A stretch of DNA of 63,174 nucleotides, counting the filler, from Nemertoderma westbladi (lineage: Eukaryota; Animalia; Xenacoelomorpha): assembly GCA_032718475.1 (NCBI GenBank). It is 4 parts of 4 records of this genome, joined end to end, with 100 filler letters (N's around TTAATTAATTAA, not from the genome) between each part and the next. Parts side by side here need not be neighbours in the genome. Positions count along the whole stretch, not along the records: positions 13,312 to 30,725 come from JAUCBJ010001944.1; positions 30,826 to 53,333 come from JAUCBJ010007882.1; 2 more parts are not named here. One strand, 5' to 3'. The translations under genes and the position numbers were made by a program. Each line of letters starts with the position of its first letter. Within the stretch, counting starts at the first letter, position 1. The notes beneath the pieces are model-generated. The model searched no databases. It was not told the DNA's origin and saw only the letters and a program-made list of their open reading frames with translations. Of the stretch, positions 24,264 through 38,453 are shown in pieces.

Positions 24264-26992
24264 CGCCCACGTAAAGAATACCAGGTTCCCCGCCCACGTA
24301 AAGAATACCAGGTTTTCCGACCACGTAAAGAATACCAGGTTCCCCGCCCACGTAAAGAATACCAGGTGTTCCGCCCACGTAAAGAATACCAGGTTTTCCG
24401 CCCACGTAAAGAATACCAGGTTCCCCGCCCACGTAAAGAATACCCGGTTTTCCGCCCATGTAAAGAATACCAGGTTCCCCGCCCACGTAAAGAATACCAG
24501 GTTTTCCGCCCACGTAAAGAATACCAGGTTTTCCGCCCACGTAAAGAATACCAGGTTTTCCGCCCACGTAAAGAATACAAGGTTTTCCGCCCACGTAAAG
24601 AATACCAGGTTTTACGCCCACGTAAAGAATACCAGGTTCTCCTCCCACGTAAAGAATACAAGGTTTCCGCCCACGTAAAGAATACCAGGTTTTCCGCCCA
24701 CGTAAAGAATACCAGGTTTTACGCCCACGTAAAGAATACCAGGTTCTCCTCCCACGTAAAGAATACAAGGTTTCCGCCCACGTAAAGAATACCAGGTTTT
24801 CCGCCCACGTAAAGAATACCAGGTTTTCCGCCCATGTAAAGAATACCAGGTTCTCCTCCCACGTAAAGAATACCAGGTTCCCCGCCCACGTAAAGAATAC
24901 CAGGTTTTCCGCCCACGTAAAGAATACCAGGTTTTCCGCCCATGTAAAGAATACCAGGTTTTCCGCCCACGTAAAAAATACCAGGTTTTCCGCCCACTTA
25001 AAGAATACCAGGTTTTACGCCCACGTAAAGAATACCAGGTTCTCCTCCCACGTAAAGAATACAAGGTTTCCGCCCACGTAAAGAATACCAGGTTTTCCGC
25101 CCACGTAAAGAATACCAGGTTTTCCGCCCACGTAAAGAATACAAGGTTTCCGCCCACGTAAAGAATACCAGGTTTTCCGCCCATGTAAAGAATACCAGGT
25201 TCTCCTCCCACGTAAAGAATACCAGGTTTTCCGCCCACGTAAAGAATACCAGGTTTTCCGCCCACGTAAAGAATACCAGGTTTTCCGCCCACGTAAAGAA
25301 TACCAGGTTTTCCGCCCACGTAAAGAATACCAGGTTTTACGCCCACGTAAAGAATACAAGGTTTCCGCCCACGTAAAGAATACCAGGTTTTCCGCCCATG
25401 TAAAGAATACCAGGTTCTCCTCCCACGTAAAGAATACCAGGTTTTCCGCCCACGTAAAGAATACCAGGTTTTCCGCCCACGTAAAGAATACCAGGTTTTC
25501 CGCCCACGTAAAGAATACCAGGTTTTCCCGCCCACGTAAAGAATACCAGGTTTTACGCCCACGTAAAGAATACCAGGTTCTCCTCCCACGTAAAGAATAC
25601 AAGGTTTCCGCCCACGTAAAGAATACCAGGTTTTCCGCCCACGTAAAGAATACCAGGTTTTACGCCCACGTAAAGAATACCAGGTTCTCCTCCCACGTAA
25701 AGAATACAAGGTTTCCGCCCACGTAAAGAATACCAGGTTTTCCGCCCACGTAAAGAATACCAGGTTTTCCGCCCACGTAAAGAATACCAGGTTTTACGCC
25801 CACGTAAAGAATACCAGGTTCTCCTCCCACGTAAAGAATACAAGGTTTCCGCCCACGTAAAGAATACCAGGTTTTCCGCCCATGTAAAGAATACCAGGTT
25901 TTCCGCCCATGTAAAGAATACCAGGTTTTCCGCCCACGTAAAAAATACCAGGTTTTACGCCCACGTAAAGAATACCAGGTTCTCCTCCCACGTAAAGAAT
26001 ACAAGGTTTCCGCCCACGTAAAGAATACCAGGTTTTCCGACCACGTAAAGAATACCAGGTTTTCCGCCCACGTAAAGAATACCAGGTTTTACGCCCACGT
26101 AAAGAATACCAGGTTCTCCTCCCACGTAAAGAATACAAGGTTTCCGCCCACGTAAAGAATACCAGGTTTTCCGCCCATGTAAAGAATACCAGGTTCTCCT
26201 CCCACGTAAAGAATACAAGGTTTCCGCCCACGTAAAGAATACCAGGTTTTCCGCCCATGTAAAGAATACCAGGTTTTCCACCCATGTAAAGAATACCAGG
26301 TTTTCCGCCCACGTAAAAAATACCAGGTTTTACGCCCACGTAAAGAATACCAGGTTCTCCTCCCACGTAAAGAATACAAGGTTTCCGCCCACGTAAAGAA
26401 TACAAGGTTTCCGCCCACGTAAAGAATACCAGGTTTTCCGCCCACGTAAAGAATACCAGGTTTTCCGCCCACGTAAAGAATACCAGGTTTTACGCCCACG
26501 TAAAGAATACCAGGTTCTCCTCCCACGTAAAGAATACAAGGTTTCCGCCCACGTAAAGAATACCAGGTTTTCCGCCCACGTAAAGAATACCAGGTTCTCC
26601 TCCCACGTAAAGAATACCAGGTTTTCCGCCCACGTAAAGAATACCAGGTTTTCCGCCCATGTAAAGAATACCAGGTTTTCCGCCCACGTAAAAAATACCA
26701 GGTTTTCCGCCCACGTAAAGAATACCAGGTTTTACGCCCACGTAAAGAATACCAGGTTCTCCTCCCACGTAAAGAATACAAGGTTTCCGCCCACGTAAAG
26801 AATACCAGGTTTTCCGCCCACGTAAAGAATACCAGGTTTTCCGCCCACGTAAAGAATACCAGGTTTTCCGCCCACGTAAAGAATACAAGGTTTCCGCCCA
26901 CGTAAAGAATACCAGGTTTTCCGCCCACGTAAAGAATACCAGGTTTTCCGCCCACGTAAAGAATACCAGGTTCTCCTCCCACGTAAAGAATA
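24264..26992. repeat. 27-bp minisatellite (26-bp variant), ~100 copies
   Basis: Unit CGCCCACGTAAAGAATACCAGGTTTTC with recurring variant order. Confidence 0.98.
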
Positions 26993-27259
26993 CTAATATT
27001 TTATAGGAATGTTATATATGAAGAATTTATTATTTCTTTTCATTCATATATCTTTAAAAAGTGTTTTATAGCGATTATTTACTGTATATTTTATAACCTG
27101 TACAGATACTAACCCGTTTATAGTTTTGGTTAGATTCAGCCCTTCTGTAATCTGTATTTTTAGTGAAAACCTGGTATTCTTCACATGGGGGTAAAGTGCA
27201 AAGTGAAATATAACTGGTATACTTCACATGGGCCAAGTAGTTGTAGTTTCGATGACTGA

Positions 27260-29894
27260 ATATACACCGAATGTACACCGAATTTACACGAATGTACACG
27301 GAATGTACACGAATGCACACCGAATGCACACCGACTGTACACCGAGTGTACACCGACTGTATACCGAATGTACACCGAATGTACACCGAATGCACACGAA
27401 AGTACACCGAATGTACACCGAATGTATACCGAATGTACACCGCATGTACACCTAATGTACACAAACGTACACCAAATGTACACGAATGTACCCGAATGTA
27501 CACCGAATGTGCACGAATGTACACCGAATGTTCACCGAATGTATACCGAATGTACACGAATGTACACCGAATGTACACGAATGTACACCGAATGTATACC
27601 GAATGTACACCGAATGTACACCGAATGTACACCGAATGTACACCGAATGTACACCGAATGTACACCGAATGTATACCGAATGTACACCGAATGTATACCG
27701 AATGTACACCGAATGTATACCGAATGTACACCGAATGTATACCGAATGTACACCGAATGTATACCGAATGTACACCGAATGTATACCGAATGTACACCGA
27801 ATGTATACCGAATGTACACCGAATGTACACCGAATGCACACGAATGTACACCGAATGTATACCGAATGTACACCGAATGTACACCGAATGTACACCGAAT
27901 GTACACCGAATGTACACCGAATGTACACGAATGTACACCGAATGTACACCGAATGTATACCGAATGTACACCGAATGTACACGAATGTACACCGAATGTA
28001 CACAAATGTACACTGAATGTACACCGAATGTACACCGAATGTACACCGAATGTACACCGAATGTACACGAATGTACACCGAATGTACACCGAATATTCAC
28101 CGAATGTACACCGAATGTATACCGAATGTATACCGAATGTACACCGAATGTACACGAATGTACACCGAATGTACACCGAATGTACACCGAATGTATACCG
28201 AATGTACACCGAATGTATACCGAATGTACACCGAATGTATACCGAATGTACACCGAATGTATACCGAATGTACACCGAATATATACCGAATGTACACCGA
28301 ATGTATACCGAATGTACACCGAATGTAAACCGAATGTACACCGAATGTATACCGAATGTACACCGAATGTACACCGAATGCACACGAATGTACACCGAAT
28401 GTATACCGAATGTACACCGAATGTACACCGAATGTACACCGAATGTACACCGAATGTACACCGAATGTACACGAATGTACACCGAATGTACACCGAATGT
28501 ATACCGAATGTACACCGAATGTACACGAATGTACACCGAATGTACACAAATGTACACTGAATGTACACCGAATGTACACCGAATGTACACCGAATGTACA
28601 CGAATGTACACCGAATGTACACCGAATATTCACCGAATGTACACCGAATGTATACCGAATGTATACCGAATGTACACCGAATGTACACGAATGTACACCG
28701 AATGTACACGAATGTACACTGAATGTACACCAAATGTGCACCGAATGTACACCGAATGTACACGAATGTACACCGAATGTACACCGAATGTACACCGAAT
28801 GTTCACCGAATGTACACCGAATGTATACCGAATGTATACCGAATGTATACCGAATGTATACCGAATGTACACCGAATGTACACCGAATGTACACCGAATG
28901 TACACCGAATGTACACCGAATGTACACGAATGTACACCGAATGTACACCGAATGTATACCGAATGTACACCGAATGTACACCGAATGCACACGAATGTAC
29001 ACCGAATGTACACCGAATGTATACCGAATGTACACCGAATGTACACCTAATGTACACAAACGTACACCAAATGTACACGAATGTACACCGAATGTTCACC
29101 GAATGTACACCGAATGTACACCGAATGTATACCGAATGTACACCGAATGTATACCGAATGTATACCGAATGTATACCGAATGTATACCGAATGTACACCG
29201 AATGTTCACCGAATGTTCACCGAATGTACACCGAATGTACACCGAATGGTCACCGAATGTACACCGAATGTATACCGAATGTACACCGAATGTATACCGA
29301 ATGTATACCGAATGTATACCGAATGTATACCGAATGTACACCGAATGTACACCGAATGTTCACCGAATGTACACCGAATGTATACCGAATGTACACCGAA
29401 TGTATACCGAATGTATACCGAATGTATACCGAATGTATACCGAATGTATACCGAATGTACATCGAATGTATACCGAATGTACATCGAATGTACACCGAAT
29501 GTACACCGAATGTACACCGAATGTACACCGAATGTACACCGAATGTACACGAATGTACACCGAATGTACACAAATGTACACTGAATGTACACCAAATGTA
29601 CACCGAATGTACACCGAATGTACACGAATGTACACCGAATGTACACCAAATGTACACCGAATGTTCACCGAATGTACACCGAATGTATACCGAATGTATA
29701 CCGAATGTACACCGAATGTACACCGAATGTTACCGAAGTAACCGAATGTACACGAATGTACACCGAATGTACACCGAATGTACACCGAATGTACACGAAT
29801 GTACACCGAATGTACACCGAATGTACACCAAATATTCACCGAATGTACACCGAATATTCACCGAATGTACACCGAATGTATACCGAATGCACAC
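27260..29894. repeat. 11-bp (10-bp variant) minisatellite (GAATGTAYACC)n, ~240 copies
   Basis: Read directly; the source of all MYTEC/VHSVYIR ORFs. Confidence 0.98.
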
Positions 29895-29907
29895 TCAATT
29901 TACTCAC

Positions 29908-30051
29908 ATCAAGATTTTGTAGTTCTTCTTTTCGCATTTCAGCTTTCAACATCTCAGCCAATTCACGAACCGACGCCTCAACAAACAGACTATGTTTAGC
30001 CAAAGATTCATGGGCTGATTTACATCTATCTGTAGTTAATTTCCCAAAATC
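29908..30051 (-). CDS. DNAH5: Dynein heavy chain exon 2 of 7 seen
   Basis: TTCTTAG|GAT...GAT|GTGAGT. Encodes DFGKLTTDRCKSAHESLAKHSLFVEASVRELAEML (DNAH5 has KSSLVEEAVNELVNML). 144 bp, phase 0/0. Confidence 0.88.
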
Positions 30052-30335
30052 CTAAGAACATAATAATGATAATAATGATATTAACTATTTACTAAAATGG
30101 AAAACATCCCACTATATTTACAATAGAAGTCACTGTGTGATATGAAATGTTATATTATGTGATGAAGTACTTATATAATGTATTAAAATGAGAAAAGAAA
30201 ATGTGTACAAACTTGTAGTAGTCTTTCTGAGGATCTCATTAGGACAGGTGTGGTTTGCTAGTCTAAGAAGAATAGTGTCTCAAACGATCCAAAATTCCCA
30301 CCCCCCCCCCCCCCCCAGCGTATGATCCGTCTTAC

Positions 30336-30487
30336 TTTGATAGTAATAGGCTCCTCTTCAGGTAAATCGCATAGAGCTGTATGTTCCATCTCCTTTAACG
30401 TAGTTTCTATGCGACAATCCAAGATGTCCATCGCTCGTTTAGTCAACAATACGAGCTCTCTCAGTTGTACATAAACTGATTCTACGT
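30336..30487 (-). CDS. DNAH5: Dynein heavy chain exon 1 of 7 seen (gene continues beyond both contig ends)
   Basis: TTTTTAG|ACG...AAA|GTAAGA. Encodes LRELVLLTKRAMDILDCRIETTLKEMEHTALCDLPEEEPIT (DNAH5 has [25 protein letters not shown]). Confidence 0.9.
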
Positions 30488-30725
30488 CTAAAAAGTTAAA
30501 TAAATCTTCAAGTAAATACTTTACATTACATTTAATTGAATTCCGTAACTATCTTACTGTAGCTGTATAATCACTGTAGCAGCTCCAAAACCATAGTAAT
30601 CCACAAATAGTAATACATCGGTACGAGGCGTCCAAAGCACTTTGGGATTTCGATCGATAATGGGAGAGGATTTAGGTCATTCCACCTATTTCCAGGTTAT
30701 GCTATTTCCAAATCCGTAACCATAT

Positions 30726-30825
30726 NNNNNNNNNNNNNNNNNNNNNNNNNNNNNNNNNNNNNNNNNNNNTTAATTAATTAANNNNNNNNNNNNNNNNNNN
30801 NNNNNNNNNNNNNNNNNNNNNNNNN
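30726..30825. other. Artificial contig-joining spacer
   Basis: N44-TTAATTAATTAA-N44. Confidence 0.98.
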
Positions 30826-31599
30826 GAGGGGGAAGGATGGGGGTATGGGTCGGTGCGACACGAGGGGAGACGAACTGGACTCGTTTAATTTTATATTACT
30901 CGAAATTGTATGTAATATATTTTCGCTCCCAGTCTACACTTGTTCTATATACCGGTAACCCATTAATATTAAAATATACTACTCAGTCGTTTGTACATAA
31001 TACGAAGTCTGAAAGTTATAGTCACCGAAACATTTCAGCTCGGAAATTATAATATATGAATCAAGGATGTCTCTCTTATGATCTACATAGAATAGATATG
31101 GTTATTGCAATACTGTTACATTGTGATAATGGATTCTAGGTTTCTTTCACTGGTAAATCCGTATAAAAGTTGAAGTAATAAAATTTAATTACAGAACCAT
31201 AGTTCGAAGATCAGCATTATTCATACCAGTCATTGCTTAGAAATTTTACAGGATAATATTGTTAATCTGACTTAGTTGTTTAGGTTGAACAAAGTCTACA
31301 TAGTAAACAACAGGTCCTCCAAAGAATGTGCCTTTGGTATATTATATTACGAAGGGGGAAGTTAGAATCACTGCATAAATGCAGTTCATCTAACTTCCCC
31401 CAAATATCTACTGTTGAATAAAATTGAAGCCATATATTAAGTCCGAAGAGGTGCGAGTTTTTTAATAAATTGTGTGGTCTATTTTGTTATCTGAACTCTA
31501 TTTATTGCTTAAAGTTCATTTAAGATCACACTGGTTTTTAGAATATTACAACCTTATTTATTATTAATTTAACCAATCAAACCATTATAAGGACCGGTT

Positions 31600-33712
31600 A
31601 TTTGTACACATACTCCTAATGCGCCCAGTAAGGTCCAAACAACATATTAATATGAAAATAAAGTATCTGCAACGAAAAGAACCCAATAATACACCATTTG
31701 ACCTTATTAAAAAAATTGCACATTTGCGCACATAATTGCACAAGTGCACTTTATCGGATCCTAAACGTGGTTCCTATTTAACACACTTATGTCTATCCTC
31801 TACCGATCTACGATGGTGCATGATCAAGCGTCAGTCGCTAAAAGTGTCAAAAATCCAATTTAATAAATCGCGACATTTGCGATTTTAGACCATATTCATG
31901 GACATTTTGAGTCACTTTATAAACATAAAAAGATAAACAAATGTTAAGATTATAGTTAGAAATCACTCCAAACTACATTTTAATCCAAATAATAACATTC
32001 TACGATGAATAGAACTGGAAATAATAGTGTTTGAAATATCGAAAATATGTGCACTATTTAAGTGCATTTTGCTCTAAGTGCACATGCGTCATTTCCCAAG
32101 TTGTTTCCTATTTCACACACTACAATCTATCCTCTATCCAATGAAAAAAGTTTCAGATCAAACGGCCCAGTAGAACCGAAGTTATTGATGTTTAAAAATA
32201 GTCACTCAAAAATTTCAAAATCACTTGGTCACATAGTCTAGTGGTTATCAATCACGTTAATGAAACCTAAGTTCGCGGGTACGAAATCCAATATTGACCA
32301 TTCTTAATTTTTTGTAAAAAAATTTTTTTTTATTTTTTCACTAAAATCGCTCTAACTTCGGTTCTGGTGGTCCAAATTCAATAAAATTGGTATATTCTTT
32401 GCCGTAATGTTTTTTTCTATCTTTTGAGAGGGGGTCATTTTTGGCCCCAAAAAAAAGGAAAAAAAAGGGCCAAAATTACGCGATATTTTTCGACCCTTAA
32501 AATTCGTAATTTTAATTATAAATGTTAAGAATAAAGATAGCGGAGGTAATTTTCTAAATTTTAAATGTACTTTTGGCGCAATACGCTAAATTATAATGTA
32601 GTAGCGATTTATCAAAAAAAAAAAATTTTTCGTCCCTTTTTATAAATATTTTATTTCACACGATCGTCTGCCGCACCAGTTGTATAATAGCTACGGCGCT
32701 GTAACTAACGCTGAAAGATAGATAATTTAACGCTCTATAAGAATGTTTAAATACGTCTCACAGACGTTGAGTAGTTTTCGAGCTAGACGTGTTCCCGCGC
32801 AGCGAGTTTGAAACGCGAAATTTTAATATTGGCCCTCATTTTTTTTATATCATTTGTGCAGCAAAACCAATCGAATATTTGGATTGCCCGTATGAATATT
32901 AACCGTATAAAATGTACCTTGACCTTCTAGAGTCAAAAATTAAAAAGTTATTAGTTATAAATCGTTTATCATTTTCTGGCCCTTTTTGGACCCTTTTGCC
33001 GACATATTTGTTGTACCCCCATTCGATAGGAATGTAGCCCCTGTGATATATTACGCGTTCCGTAAAAGAATTGGCAGATTCCTAGTAGCGTTTTCGAATT
33101 AAAGACGTCGGAAATATTAATTATATAAAAAAGACGGACAAAAACGGAAAAGTTACGGCCCCTTTTTAGACCCGACATATTAATAAATATCTTACCCCCA
33201 TTCGATACGAACGTAGTACCACTCTTTCCCTATCCACCCGCGTTACCTTCGTCTCCGTACGATTAATACTAGCCGAGTTATAGCGGATCCCGCAAAGTCA
33301 TTTTGTCCGTTTTCTCGAATTTGACGGACATTAGCCGGTAAACCATTGACTTAATTTTTAAAACTGAAAATATGTGAAATCTAATTTTTAGACCCTCTTT
33401 CGATTCCGGGTGACGTCTAGCAGGTAGGGGCGATATTTAATATTTTTTACATAGACACTAATGGTGAATTCGCGTGAAGAAAACGGACAATTGTACGTCA
33501 TGTCCGTCAAAACGATAGATTCGCTAAAAGCTCTGAAGAATCTTATTTTTTTGGCATTACGCGTCCCCCCTCGAAAAATCAAGAAAATCGTACGGCTGGA
33601 AATAGGTCGAATGGGGGGGGAACACCGTTTTCGCAGTAACTACGCGTCCAGTATGTAGACTGCGTCCTTTAGAGGGGCGGCGAATTCACCTCACTCAACG
33701 CCGCCCTTACTG
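31600..33712. mobile_element. Probable non-coding DNA-transposon derivative (Helentron/DINE-like features); boundaries uncertain
   Basis: Internal inverted motif AGAACCGAAGTTA (32172) / TAACTTCGGTTCT (32353); direct repeats at 31790/32105 and 33015/33194; GC-rich terminal hairpin GGGCGGCG-n16-CGCCGCCC at ~33675-33706. Confidence 0.4.
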
Positions 33713-35009
33713 AATGTTTTTAAAAGATATTTCTTCCCACCTAGAACGCCATCAAGATGGCTTTAAACGAACCTTTCTTCCACGGACACTTCAAGAAACA
33801 GATGAAATTGGAAGATGCAAACCAAGAATGACTTGCATCAACCAAACAAACTGCCTCCCGTCTAATGTAATACACAGTCGTCTAAGCAGACAAATCACAA
33901 TCACAATTACTGCGATGTATGAAATGTTATCCCCATCCGCAACCTGGGTAACCGGTAACGGGCCCAAAGAGCAGATTATTCTGCGAAGTGGTCTTACTGT
34001 TAGTATTAGATAAATAAAATAAAGAACACTAATTTATTTATACCTAATACATTCTCAGTTAGCCTAATAAAAACATCGGAGCAACCAATATAATGTACAT
34101 GTACAAGCCTCCTATGAAAGTTTGTGAAATGTTCCATTAAGTCTACCCAACAGGGTACCCGGCTAGCACCCTGGTTCAGTTTTCTAGTTTTGTTAGTTTA
34201 ATCGACAGCTGTTGTAAACGTCCCAGATATACTAAGCCTTTACATTACAATTCATTGAACTTATCTTGAGTTGATGGCAGTATTATAACGCTGACAATAA
34301 GCCCCATAGATACGATATATATGTTGCAGGCTTTAAGCGAAATTAGCCATTAACATTAATTCCTAGGAAATAAGCTAAAAACCTTAAAAGCTAGGAAATT
34401 AGATAATATCGCAGGAAATAAGATGAATAATCATAACATACCAGCTGACCGACAAGTATACCAATCTGCCTTGCCTATGTAGGCAGTTAGGCCTACTGGC
34501 ATATGCGACTGTCAATATCCAATAATGGTAGAGACAGTACAACAGTATCAGATCATGCTGCATTGCTGCACTGATAATTATATAAACAAACCGTCCCGTA
34601 ATATAGTGTCATTTTCTGATGACACGGACCCCCCCCCCCCCCCCCAAATTTTTCTACAAATCTTTATCATATTGTTTGAAATTTGAAACATCACTAGTTC
34701 CACTCACCGTCGATGACCCCAAGAAGCCGGAATTTTCGATTTTGCCTTTAAATTATTTTTATAAGCGTTTTAAAAAAAGTGTCTTTTACGAAATCGCAAC
34801 CTCCGTATCGTGGACATTCTTAAGAATAGTCGTAATTTTTTCATATCATTAAAAAGCATGCCTTGCAAGGATTCCAAATATGTAACAATATCTGAATTTC
34901 GTTGAGAAACATCTGAGATAAAGGCGTTCAAAGATTGCAAGAACGATCATTCGCTGTAGGCCATTTATTCTATCAAATAAATACACAAAATTCTAGAATG
35001 TGTTATTTA

Positions 35010-38000
35010 CTTTATGAGTTGGTTGGCAACAGCGGTATTCCTATCCAATATACAATATCTATTGCGTAGCTATAGAACTATAATAAATTAATGAGTAATA
35101 AAAAGAAAGTAACTTTTACAACTAACAAATAATCTTGAAAAGTTTATATACAATAGTTTGAGTTAGTATTTCCACTCCTTCCCTGTTACTTGGCATTACA
35201 CCATACAGTCTCAGATACGTAAACCTAAGGGGATTCCAGCGCCATCCTCTGCCCCAATACTACGCCACTTTGTCCTCGATGCCCTTAAGCAGGCACAAGT
35301 TGCCCTCAGGACCCCAAACGAGAGGCGCGCCCTCACCCATCCCATTACACAGCTGTAAGGCTTTGCCCATTTCGTGGTTAACTCATCTATCCCATCGTAG
35401 TAGACATGTACCGAACAACAAGAGTCCCACAAGAAATGAAAACAAATAAGTTGGTGCCAGTTCCCAAGAAGGGCAACCTAACACTCTAGGTTCTTTTCGG
35501 GGAATCTCATTGATCTCGATTGCTGCAAAGCTATACAATAGAATTCTATTAAATCGCATCAGGGATCCCATTGAGAGACTGCTCCGTGGAAATCAGAATG
35601 GGTTCTGTAAAGGTCGTGGGACCATGGAGCCCATTTTGGCACTTAGAAGGATAATTGAAGAGTTATCAAAAAAGAAAGACAGGCATCTGGCTGTTATCTT
35701 TGTTGACATCTTCAGGGCCTTTGATTCAGTCTCTCGCTCGCGTATGTTCAGCATACTTTCATTATATGGGATTCCTGATGAAATTATTGCAGCAATCAGA
35801 TCAGTTTGACGGTGACACAGAACCATTTGAAGTGTTATGGGGCGTCCTCTAGGGAGACACACTTGCACCATTCTTGTTCATAATTGTTGTTGACTATGTT
35901 CTACGCATGTCCTTAGATCATCATAATGATGATGGGGTGATGATAACTCCACCTACTGGCTCCAGAAGTCGAGGAAATCCTGCCAAGTACCTAACTGATC
36001 TAGACTTTGCTGATGACTTAGAAGTACTCTCAGAATCACTAGAGGGAGCCCAACTGCTCCTCGGCTCATTAGAACATGCTGCTTCTAGTTTTGGTATTTT
36101 TATTAACTCCAGAAAGACCAAACTTTTGACAGTAAACTCTGAAAGTCCTCAGCAAGTCTCTGATCGGATGAGCATAAGTTCAAAAGATGGTATGCTTGAG
36201 CATGTGGATGACTTCTGTTACCTGGGATCATGGATCTGGAAGTCAGGTGAGGAGGACCTTCGAATACGTAAGGGAAAGGCATGGGCAGCCTTGAATAGGC
36301 TTTCCAGGATTTGGAAGTCACCGAGAATTAATCGGACACTTAAGGTCCGATTATTTAGATCATCAGTAGTTCCAGTACTCCTCTTGTGGAGTCAATGCCG
36401 GGCTCTAACTGCTGAGGACACCAAATCTCTGGATGGCACATTCACAAGAACGCTACGCCGGGTCCATTGTGTCAAGTACAATACACACATCTCCAACCAG
36501 ACACTATATAACATTGGAGGTGTCTCATTGGTTCCCCCAAGCTTAACACTAGAACAAAATCGCCTCCGCTTTGCAGGACATTGCTTTCGCCATAAGGACC
36601 AGTCAGTGCATAATATTGTACTTTGGCAGCCTCATGGATTGAATAAGCATGATGGACAGCCCATGACTTTCTTGAGACGCATCTTAAAGGACACTGGCCT
36701 TGAAGATGCGGATGATCTGGCAAATGTCATGGGTGATAGGGAGTTGTGGCGGTGCAATTTTGTCGATAAGCCGGCACAGCATTCTTAAAAATGCAGCTGC
36801 AATGCAGCGTGCCGATCCTAGTAGTAGTAGTAGTAGTAGTGGTGGTTAACCTGTCGGCCAGCCTCTTTAATGCTATGGAGTACTCAGGAGCAAGCACGCC
36901 ATCCACTGTTACCACAACAAGAGGGGTAAAATCGGCCTGACGAGGGGCACAGGCGTCGTGGTATTTCATCTTCTTCTCATGCTCAGCATCAATCAGTATG
37001 GAGGCTGTCAGACGCGACACATATGAGGGGGCATCAGGGTCAACGACCCGAACATCGAATAATGCCCGTCTCTGTGGCTGCCAATAGCCCCTTACCGAAA
37101 GGTCTGCACGTAGACCCGCCACCCCATGCTCCTTGTCGGACTCACGAATCACCGGCTCCTGCGCTATGCATGACTCATGGAAGGCGAGACTGAACAGGTC
37201 GCCCTGAATGTCCCGAACCCCATTGTGGCGGAGGGTTACCAGGCCCCCCTTCTTGCAATGGAGCACGTGGGTTGTGGTAAATACTTCCCTGCAACCATCA
37301 CACCTCGCAGGTGCACCAACCAGGGGACGTCCATATCGGAGGGAAAGACCATCACGGAATTCATTGGCAGACAGGTCAAAGTGGTGTCGTGAGACTGGGG
37401 CGACTGTGAGCCAGCCTGAGGTCTGTTCCGAAGCAGCCCGCTCAATCGTGCAAACTCGTTCAGGGGGGAAACAGTCGGACAGTTTGCCACTCACCTCCTC
37501 CACCTTAGGCTGTTTCTGGAGACATTGTTTGTTCTTGGCTTCCTTCAGGCAACTCATATGGTCTAAGTGTGAGAAAACGGTGTCACCTTTGATACAGCGA
37601 CTGCCACTGCAGTACCTTCATGTGAAGTCGTGTATGAGAGTGAAGCTGTCTCACAAGGGTTCCGGATAGCCAGGCCCCCAGATCGCGGTGGTAGTGCGAA
37701 TAGCTCTCGCTCTAAAGCAGTTGACGGAGCGCCTAGGATGGCAGGGATGAATGAATCTGCAACTACTCGTTCAATGGATGTATAGGGCGAAGGGTCCTCA
37801 TCCAACGTGACAGGAATGACTCGCTGTAGGTAGTCCCATTCACATTGCAGACTCCTGGTAAATGCAGCATAAGCTGCCTGTGGCTGATTGGTAGCAACAC
37901 TGGCTAATCTAGAAACTGCACACTCCCATGTCGCTTCCTTCCCGGAGATATACTCGGCCTGGAGGGATGCATCACCCACGAAGCCGCCCAGAGTACGAGT

Positions 38001-38453
38001 ACCCTTTACAATTCCTTACCCATCCACCCTAACCCCAAGGTCACGGAACAACTCTCGGGCTAGGGTAACATCACAGTCCTCAACAACCAACATACACTTG
38101 TCAGGGTCTGGGTAATAACCGTAAGAGGGGCCGAGTTCCTTGAGGAGAATAAACCACTCGCGCAAGGCAGGTAATGTGGCAGCATTCTGAGCATCGTCAG
38201 TGAACCATACTTGAGTCCATGCTTCTGAATTCTTTAGCTTAATGATATGGGGATACACCGCGACCGCGTAACCTAGCATCGAAAGGGGGTCCCCCTGCGT
38301 CCAACCTTCCCTAATAGGTATGGTGACCGCCCCTCGCTCACCACGGATAATCACGGAGGCATACCCCCGGTATGTGTTGAACAAGAAGCGGGATGCGCGT
38401 GGCCAAAGCATACGAACGTTCCAGAGGGCTGTCACTCTTGCGTAGCTATTCAT
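35010..38453 (-). mobile_element. CRE-like (RLE endonuclease) non-LTR retrotransposon, 5'-truncated, interrupted by an RTE
   Basis: RT QGDPLSM..WFTDD (38016-38453); CDGC..HVLHC zinc knuckle, RHN and RADL..DVRV..EHEKKMKY nuclease (36850-37557). The C-terminus TTKWAKPYSCVMGWVRARLSF resumes at 35382-35211. Confidence 0.88.
35383..36841 (+). mobile_element. RTE-like LINE family A, longest copy, inserted into the CRE element with 9-bp TSD
   Basis: GTGGTTAAC at 35374-35382 and 36842-36850; ORFs 35510..35809 and 35874..36788; (TAG)n tail at 36819-36841. Confidence 0.95.

Noticed and set aside
24211-30055. Dozens of long overlapping ORFs (up to 569 aa)
   Set aside because: They arise from the 27-bp and 11-bp arrays; frequent 1-nt unit variants shift frames freely, and the arrays lie in a dynein intron.
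33714-34013. 99-aa ORF
   Set aside because: Only a short FKRTFLPRT motif like a LINE C-terminus; too little to call a gene or element.
37177-38115. Plus-strand ORFs over the CRE element, and antisense ORFs over the RTE copies
   Set aside because: They are shadow frames of retrotransposon coding sequence.
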